Assembly (NCBI GenBank): GCA_965153455.1 | Contig: OZ234493.1 | Span: forward strand, 9,042,213-9,106,212 | Length of the DNA stretch: 64,000 bases | Direction of reading: 5' to 3' | From: Sphagnum compactum | Taxonomy: Eukaryota | Shown: piece by piece, positions 55,301 through 64,000 of the stretch | Position numbering within the stretch: the stretch's first letter is position 1 | Layout of the letters: each line of letters begins with the position of its first letter | The notes under the pieces: generated by a model | Seen by the model: the letters and a program-made list of their open reading frames with translations, nothing else | Told to the model about the DNA's origin: nothing | Database searches by the model: none | Made by a program: the position numbers and the translations under genes

Positions 55301-58300
55301 GGCTCAGGTGGAGGAGCCACCTTTTCTTCTTTAGGTGGGGGAGGTGAGGGCACTGACATTGCCCCTGCCTCTCCTACAGCCACATTTGCAACTTTTGTTC
55401 CAGGAGTAACCGTATCACCTTCCTTCGCAGTTACCTACAATTACATACAAGAGCCTAGCATTGATCAAATTCAGAGACTTCTCATGGAGAACACTTCCAT
55501 GACAATCACACAATACTACTGGTCTCCGGATAAGGTATGCAAATTAGTCCTAGATTGAGTTAGTCATGGGCAAAATCCATCTCACATGCCTGAGATCATG
55601 AGTTTAAAAAAGTATACAAAGTTATCCTGACATATCCTTGAAAAATCTCAAAGAAAAGAACATGTGAAATTTACTTGAAAATACTCCATGGTCATCACAA
55701 GATTATGGGCATCTATATAACATATTCAAACAGATCAACACACAGGTATGAAATCAGTACCGATTCAATTTTACCAGCAACAGGGCTCCGCACATCAATT
55801 GTGACCTGACATAAAGAATCAAAGGCACCCTTAGAGCACAAAGGATTAACCAAAAACCAACATCAGAGAACTATCAGTGTTCCTGGACCCACAAGACAGC
55901 TGGCCAAATCCAAGCAATAGTCTACCAATTCAAACTGTAGTTCTACAAAAAAAGTTTAAATACCTCTGCAAGACATGCAGATCATTAGGAGGCAGCCAAA
56001 GAGAGGATAATACACAGCATTGAAGGACATAGAGGCCTGTGTCACAAACCTTGTCAGTCTCAATCTGAGCAACAATCTCATCAACAGCCACTGCATCCCC
56101 AGGCTCTGGAACCCGACATATCTCATACCATTAGTTGTATAACAAACAATATAAGTTCAGAAAAAATGCTGAATCCATCAGAATCCAATCTTTTGTCACA
56201 AAGCACTGTAGTGCAAAAGATCCCCACTCCATTGTGGAGCACAATGGAAATTACTTGCATGTGAGAACATGCGTGGGAATACAACGTGGCAGGATTCTGA
56301 ACAAGATTAGTACTGCTTACTTTTGAGAATTGCTGCAATAACGCCATCTGGAACAGAGTCACCCATGAATGGAACGACAACATCCCCAGGGTCACCTGCC
56401 ATTCAAAAACGAGGGAAAATATGTTGGTTGCAGTAACCTCAGGCACATGAGTCATAGGCGTTGAATAGGAAACTTATCCACAATTCATGACACTTTGTTC
56501 CATGAAGTAATGGCAACCATTTGGAACCAAATTTAGTGCTCAATGTCAAACATAATAGGATGTGACAAATATCAGATGTAGGCATTTTTCAGGACATCCA
56601 TTACCAAATGGTAGCTGTGAAAATTGCTTCAGTGTATGCTGTCTATGGGAAATGCATGTCTTCCACTGGAGAAAAAGACCCAGATTTAAAGCAAATCAGC
56701 AAGTATCCACGCTGAATTTCTGCTTCTTCATGAGCCAATCATGCAAGATTCACATACCAATTCTTTGTTTGTAGAAAACCTGGACTTAATGGAACCCTAA
56801 TGCATGATGGAAGAGAAGTGATGAACCACTCAACAAAACAAATTCAACTAACACTAATGTTGAAAGGGTCCGACTCATCTAAAGTGCAAGAAAATGCATG
56901 ACCAAAATAAAGAAATATTGCATGAGGGGATAACTTTTCTGGCATTGAGCACAATGACCATTGTCATGTTGAACAACAGCATATAAGTAACAGCAATAAT
57001 GCTGCCATGTAGGAAGCAAAAATAATTGTGCAATGTGGTCATTGTCACACACTAATGTCTCTGAAAAATACATTACTTGAAACTATCCTCAAAATGGATA
57101 CCTGCAACATCTGCAAAGGCCCTGCTCCATGCTTCCCAAATTGGCTTGTGTCTGGAAGCTGACAGGTCCCTAGTACACATCCACCAGGTAATATGTTATT
57201 ACTTGCTGGATCAGCAAGCTCCCACATCACTGGACCCACACCAGTCCTCTCTACAAACCTACACATTCCAAAGTTGTTTGCACAAGATGGGCCATAGAAG
57301 GGTGACAGTAACATAATTTCCTTTTTTTAAAAAAATCACCTGCAATCTGCTTTTGTTCTAACAACATTGGGATGAGATGTAACCATGAGAATGCATTGAA
57401 CCCTACTCTAGACAAATTATTGCAAGCTACTGTGCAATCCATCACTACACAGCTTCCTGGTGTCTGTTTCCAAAATCAAACAGGGAATGTGGAGGGAATA
57501 GTTGGAATTTCAAGTACCTCAACTCAAATTGTGAGACCTTATCTGCAAAACAAGGATAGAACAAGCAATATCATCAACTGTAAATCATAGAGTAAAGTCT
57601 GTGAGCTCAAGGTGCCAATTCCACTCCCCAACACCCCCCCCCCCAAGGAAAAAAAAACACAAAAAAAGTAGTTTGAGAGAATACAGACAGCAAATATTTT
57701 CAGAGTCACCACCTAGAATGATCTGAACTACAATGAGGCTATTGGCTCCCTATAACTTGTTCTTGAAAGCATCTCCTGGAGATGATGCAGACATGAAACT
57801 TCCTAGCTATATAAAGATCTTTGCCAATCAAAGACTGCCATTAAAACCTAGCTTCATCTGCTACTGTGAGAAGACCAGTAAACCCTGGAGAATATTGCGT
57901 GCTTTTGACGCATTACCTAAAGAGGATGCAGACACCAAAGCTCGTACATGTTGTAACCTCCTCGGTACAGCTCCCCCCTGCAACAGAATGCACTAAACCG
58001 ACCGTTTCACATGCCTGCTCATAGCACAGGTCACCCACGATCTGGCCACAAAAAAGACACGGAGATAGGCAGAACGGAGGCAATAAAGATCCCTGGAAAA
58101 TCATCATTGATCTCCCGTCCCCCGTCCCCGAATAAGATCACCTCTCCTTCATTCATCGTCGTCTGAAAACCCTGGAATCCTTCCGCCTAGAATTTTGCGT
58201 GGCTCCAGGGGATTATAGCAGCAGGGAAGAAGAGGAGGGCAATGAGAGAAATACCTGAAGAAAACAGGAAGAGGAGATGCGGGACGCGCGCAAGGCGTGC

Positions 58301-58332
58301 GATCGCAGCAGCCGCAGAAGAGCGCGCTCCAT
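52365..58332 (-). CDS. DLST: Mitochondrial dihydrolipoyllysine-residue succinyltransferase (2-oxoglutarate dehydrogenase E2), 13 exons
   Basis: Exons 58332-58255, 57977-57917, 57542-57518, 57169-57102, 56395-56321, 56105-56050, 55805-55761, 55434-55168, 54951-54857, 54510-54420, 54118-54008, 53770-53576, 52556-52365. Arg/Ser/Leu-rich presequence [21 protein letters not shown], lipoyl domain with IETDK, Pro-rich linker, [33 protein letters not shown] and catalytic TYDHRLIDG. The presequence exons 2-4 are less certain. Confidence 0.95.
53115..53290 (-). repeat. Intronic dispersed element, copy C (DLST intron 12)
   Basis: Minus strand reads GCTAGCCA...TGAGTCTTCCCGTTGCTTCC...CCCACTGTAGGGAGCTGATGAAGTCAG (53200-53174)...GTCACT...TGATGGTCCCTGAA, collinear with copy A. 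Confidence 0.75.
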
Positions 58333-58941
58333 CGTCACCACCGACGTATGATGCTCATTCAGCAGCCAAACCTCCGTATCCGCAGCCAAGGCGAGCTATG
58401 CGTCCAGCACTTACTACACTCCCCCAAAAGCATGCAGCGCGAATCCTTTTTCTCTTCCCCACGTGGCTGCTACACAAGAGATCCGTGAGAGCTTTCCAAC
58501 GTTGACAGCAACGATGGTGGTAAAGCCCACGCCCCCTTTCTGTCTGCTTGCAGCAACAACGATAGCGGCCGCGACATGACGACAGCAAACCACGCGCCCA
58601 GAAAAACCAACCCAAAACAAAACAGACACATTTCCTCTCTGTCCGATCCCATGCTCCTGAGCCACAACGTCACGAGTTCCCCGCCTCGCCTCCCCGCGCC
58701 ACGCCTCGCCCTCGCCCCCCGGGGCGCGTTTCTTTTTTGGCTAATTAAGCCCGTTGGCTAAAACAATTTCGTTTCTTTAATGAAAAATTCGCCAGATTTT
58801 TCACCAAATGGATTTATCAGTTGTCAGTGCTTTCAAAAAATATTACTTTGGCTTTTTTTCTTTTTTTCTTTTTTTCCCCCAGAAAACCCAAAAAGATATA
58901 TACTCTAGAAAATGGATTAAAAAATAACAAGAATAAATTAC

Positions 58942-59745
58942 CTATTTCACAAGAGGTTGGTGGCCTATTAATTTGGTGTGGAGTTGAAGCAATTGTGCTT
59001 TCACATCGTCGTCAACCATTATGGACAATATAGTATAGGGTTGTGTTCGAAAAGACCGATTGTCCACTATGGTTGCTATCACGTTCTTGACCAACACCAT
59101 AACACATTGATTAAAATTTTTGGCTTCAACTAATTGGTCATATTCTGTCTTGAACTGATTGTTAAAAACAAAAAACATTTCGATCAAATTGACTTTCACA
59201 TTAACAATCATGAGTCGCCCTTCATGGTTACTCTCTCCACCTTTTATTGTGGTAACAATGATAACAATAGTAGTAGTGGAAAATTTGGATTGCAACAACT
59301 TGGATCTAAATTCTTTCAAATAATCAAAATGGAAAAATAGTGGAATCAAAATAGGTTTAAACGTTGTAATGGATGACACGATAGTGGTGGATTCCACCGT
59401 AAGAATAATTGGCATGTCCCTTTTTTCAAACCCCCTCTGAGATTTAGCCTCAATTCCAAAATTTTCAACCTTGACATATAGTCCTTTTTGGAGTACATTT
59501 TCATGCATTTGAATGTGGGGGGACTTAACATGCAAGGTGATCGTAGTCAAGCCTATTCAGTCAAACAACTCACAATAGAGATAAACATAACCTAGATCAT
59601 CCATGGGTTTTTGGGTTATGTGGTCAAAAGTGCCATACCAATTTGGCACCAACCCCTCAAAAGTCACATCATGAAAATTCATATCCAAATCATCCACACC
59701 AATAACTTTCCTATCTTTATGGACAACAACAATAAATGACAACAT
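58942..59745 (-). pseudogene. Decayed ~265-codon ORF, beta-rich, putative tandem OB-fold (RPA70-like, possibly Helitron cargo)
   Basis: ORFs 59745-59557 and 59550-58942 are in the same frame, separated by one TGA. The alternating hydrophobic beta pattern (LYCELFD..GLTTITLHV...LQKGLYVKVENFGI...LTVESTTIVS) is reminiscent of OB folds. The fold assignment is inference only. Confidence 0.4.
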
Positions 59746-60134
59746 TCTAAAAGATGAAAATCAGCAAAATTTATCTCAATGCAAGATATAAACACTCACA
59801 TATAAAATGCACATCACTTCCTAGAAAATCACTCCTTGAACATTCAAGGTGAAGATCAAACCGAAAGAAAAGGTGAAAAAATACAAAGAAATATATATAA
59901 ACATGAAAGTTTTATATGTTACAAGGAGAAGTGAAAGATAGTAAATAAAATGTTTATATCCAAAAAATTGTATAAGATCCAAGTCTTTAATGGGTTGTAA
60001 AAAAGATGGCTAGATTAATTAATCAAAGTAGTTAAAGGAGACTAATTAGTCAAAGTAGTTACCTTACTAAGTAAGAACTAATATACTAACTAACAACCAA
60101 TTTACTAACACTTATCAAATTCTAATTTAATATT

Positions 60135-61240
60135 TAAAATGGTTAGATTTGTGATGTTATAACATTTATAAAAATCAAATCTATGGTCAAATCTATGATG
60201 CTATAATCTATATTAAAGTCAAATTTGTGGTTAGATCTATGATGCTGTAACACTTATAAAATTCAAATTAATGGTTAGATCCATGGTTAGTGAATATTAT
60301 TATTAAGGCTAAATATGTTATTAGATTTGTAATATTGTAATGTTTATAAAGGTCAAATTTGTCATTAAATCCATGCTTAATTAACATTTATAAAATCAAA
60401 TTTATGTTCAAATATGTGATGTTGTAACATTTATAAAAATTAAATTTATGGTTCACTAACATTTATAAAAATCAAATCTTTTATCAAATTTGTGATGTTA
60501 TAACATATGTAAAGGTTGAATATGTGGTTAGATCCATGGTTAATTAATATTTATGAAAATAAAATCTATGGTCACATCTGTGATGTTGTAACATTTATAA
60601 AATTTAAATCTATGGATAGATCTGTGGTTAGATAACATTTATAAAAATCAAATTTGTGATGTAACACATATAAACGTTGAATCCATGGTTAGATCCATGG
60701 TTAATTAACACTGATAAAAATGAAATATGTGGTCAAATCTATGATGTTATAACACATAAAAGTTCAATGTGTGGTTAGATCCGTGGTTAATTAATATTTA
60801 TAAAAATCAAATTGTGGTCAAATCTATGATGTTATAACATATGTAAAGGTCAAATATGTGGTTAGATCCATATATAGTTAGTTAACACTTATAAAAATCA
60901 AAATTGTGATCAGATTTGTGTTGTAATACATATGAAAGTCAAATTAATGGTTAAGTTTGTGATTAATTAACAACTATAAAAATCAAATTTGTGGTTAGAT
61001 TCGCAATTAGTTAAAATTTATAAAGGTCAAATTTGTGGTTAGATTTGTAATATTGTAAAATATGTAAAAGTTGAATATATGGTTAAATCTATGCTTAACT
61101 AACACTTATAAAAATAAAAAATCTTATAGATTTGACCATAGATTTGACTTTTATAAATATTAAATAATCATGGATCTAACCATAGATTCGATTTTTATAA
61201 ATATTATAAAATCACTTTGACCTTTTTAAATGATAGGTTA
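60135..61240. repeat. AT-rich ~40-bp tandem array with terminal inversion
   Basis: More than 20 degenerate units of ACATTTATAAAAATCAAATTTGTGGTTAGATC(T/C)ATG. The orientation flips after ~61110. Confidence 0.9.
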
Positions 61241-61362
61241 GAATATGTAATTATTTTGTTAGTTAAATGTTGTCATGTATTACATACGGATTTGATTTTT
61301 ATATCTGTTAAATCTGAATTGATAAATATTAATTAATTGTTTATTAACTAATATCCATTTTG

Positions 61363-61480
61363 AATCCATCCGTCCATCTTTCATTCACCCATCATTCATC
61401 CTTCATACATTCATTCATCATTCATCCATTCGTTCATCCTTCATCCCTCGTCCATTCATCCATTCATGCATCCTTCATCC
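61363..61480 (+). repeat. (CATT/CATC)n low-complexity tract
   Basis: Repeated TTCATCC/TTCATTC units. Confidence 0.85.
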
Positions 61481-64000
61481 TTTTCTTTTTTTTTCTTAAC
61501 GTGATTGTTTAGTCAATAGTGAACTTATAATCAAACCTTATCCATTAAACTCTTTTCTTCAACCCCTGTGCCCACTTACTATTGTTCCCTTAAAGCCAAT
61601 AAACAACCAAGAAAGAAAGAGCCTTTGAAAGGCTTCCCATTTATTCCAAACTTTGAAAAAACAACCTGAACATAAGTTGCTTTAGCACAAGACATCAAAC
61701 AAGGACAAAGTTTTTCCATGGAATCTGTATAAACTTGATAAGTGGGGGAAATATCCATAAGATGAATGCCCTAATGAGTGGCCCATTTAGAGTTTTTTAA
61801 CAATTTTTAAAAAATCATATGAAAATTAGTTTACAATGTTAAATTTATTATTTCATGTTCCATCATATATTGACTCATTATATGAAATTTTAAATGAAAA
61901 TCAGTATAAAATTTTAAATTTCTACCATTCCAATTAATCAATTCGTGATAAATTTAATAGTTTTTTGTTTAGTTCTCCTAAAGGTTGTTGGTGACAACAA
62001 TTCTTTGTGAAATCAATTATTCCATGTTTTCTTCTTTTCACTCCCTTCTATTGTCACTTTATTCCAATTTGTTTTCTCCTCTTCCCTTAAACCTTTTCAT
62101 TTTAAACATGTTCAATTTAATGAATTTTTGGCCAATAGTTCCTTTCTATCATGCATTCTTCATTTTGCTTGAAACTCAAATGTTGTTCAACATTAGCCTA
62201 GATATTTTCACTTGGGTTGATGTGGCAAAATATTTGAAATTTGTCAAAACATATTTTGGCCATGTTGTCAAGGAATATTCTTATTCTTGTAAGTTCCACT
62301 ACACTCTTGCTTTTGTGTAATTGGGTCAAAACACATAACTAGGAGCCAAAAAAAGTGTCGGATGTTAAACATAATTAGTCAAAATTCAACATTTATTTTT
62401 TATTACCATTTAAAACCATAGTAATCATGGCAAGTTAATCATTTTTCTCTCATATGAATGTCAAGGAATTTAGAATAAAAATTCATTCAATTCAATTTTA
62501 AGTTTTGGTTTTAATTTAGAACGTTTGAAAATGTACACCTATTGCATCAGATGGAGTCATTTTTGCAAAGGACTATCAAAAGGACTCATATAATAAAATA
62601 ATTTTCATTGAAAAAATATAGATGATAAAACCACATTAACCACACTAAAAAAAACACCCATACTTTTAAAAATGTGGAATTTTAAAACTTTAAAAATTCA
62701 AAAAATGTTTCCAAATTTTAGAATTTCAAGAGTCCTTTGCCACATATAAATGAATTATAATGTACATGATGTATGAAAAAAGTTATAGTTTAGAGTATAA
62801 AAAAACTAAAGAATGTGAACTTTTAATTTTTGGTGATGACTTAAAATTTTGATCATTTTTCAAGATGAAGCATTGAATCTGTAAAGAATCTACACACTTT
62901 TAAAAATTCATATTTATTCAATAATGACTAACAAAAAAAATGTGATGCATTGGGGAACATTTAAATATTTTTTTTAAAAGTTACAAAAAATTTCTTTCAA
63001 AAATTCATTTGCATGTAAAAGGTTTTTTTGGGAAAAATAATGTGTAGTCCTTTTCCAAAGTAATCCCTTTGGCTCCTAATTATAGGTTTTGACCCAATTG
63101 CTTGTTTGTGTTCAATTTTGTTGAAGGTTTCAAGTTCTAACATGTGTAAGTTTTGTTCCCATTTTTGAAAGTGTTCCATTTCCCCTTTACATTTGTAGTG
63201 CATTTCCCTTTTTTTCAATAACTTTCATCCTTTTTTTTTTTTCAGTTTTGTGTTTTTTGTTGTGGTGTTCTTTTGTGTTGATTGCTACAAGTTTCACACA
63301 TTCTTGATTTCTCGCTATTTTGTCTTTTGTGTTTTCTATTATGTTATCCTAGCTAGTAATTTGTTTTTAGGTAACGATGTTTGTTGCATTTTGGCATGTG
63401 AACAAAAGATGTTACAAATAATTTTCCCAATTATTTTGTGTGTTTGAACTTTGATTATTAAAACGGGTTTTTCATAAATTGTACTCATAATAAGATAGTT
63501 TCGAAACCCAAAAAACAAAATTGTCAAAAAAATTACAGTTTTTGATTGATATTAAATGATTATGAAATATGTTTGACAAAATGTAATACATGTACCAAAA
63601 TATTTCAAAGCGAAAATTGACTCCAAAAATTACTCAAACAACTACCAAACTTTATGAAATATTTATACATATATTGAATATGAGTTGATTGTAATATTTC
63701 AATTCCATATACAAAAAAATTGATTCATATGATTTCATAGAAAAAGTCTAAATGAGATGTTTCATTCAAACCAATGTAAACGTGTGAAAAAATTAAAAAA
63801 ATTGTTGAAAATTACTCTCATTTGAAAGGTAACGAGAATAATGTTAAAAATCTTATGTCAAATATTCATTTTATGTGTTTCTCAAAATGCGAGGTGAAAT
63901 GAAAGAATAACTATCCCAAAATTATATATATATATATATATATTATATCTTGCTCAAAGGCCCCCAAGTATTTTCACCCATTCAAAAAAATTGTGAAAAA

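Noticed and set aside
57170-57314. ORF 57314-57045 as a DLST exon
   Set aside because: Its frame is incompatible with the downstream lipoyl-domain exon. The in-phase exon is 57169-57102 ([22 protein letters not shown]).

Overview
Eukaryotic nuclear DNA from an intron-rich land plant. It looks bryophyte-like (my impression is Sphagnum-type, not provable from sequence alone). GC-richer gene islands are separated by AT-rich, decayed transposon DNA. I reconstructed four apparently intact spliced genes exon by exon: a PYROXD2-like FAD oxidoreductase (+, 8380-15284, 17 exons), a cytoplasmic poly(A)-binding protein (+, 28235-32266, 9 exons), an RmlD/MAT2B-like NAD(P)-binding protein (-, 36717-33634, 5 exons) and the mitochondrial 2-oxoglutarate dehydrogenase E2 subunit (-, 58332-52365, 13 exons). 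The window also holds a 5'-truncated, intron-retaining STICHEL-like pseudogene, two PIF/Harbinger relics, a hAT transposase relic, a non-autonomous Helitron with canonical termini, an OB-fold-like decayed ORF, unidentified decayed ORFs and several tandem repeats. The most unusual signal is a non-coding element with a near-invariant 27-nt core (CCCACTGTnnGGAGCTGATGAAGTyAG). It occurs three times, always intronic and always sense to the host transcript, in two unrelated genes. No rRNA, tRNA or CRISPR array is supported.
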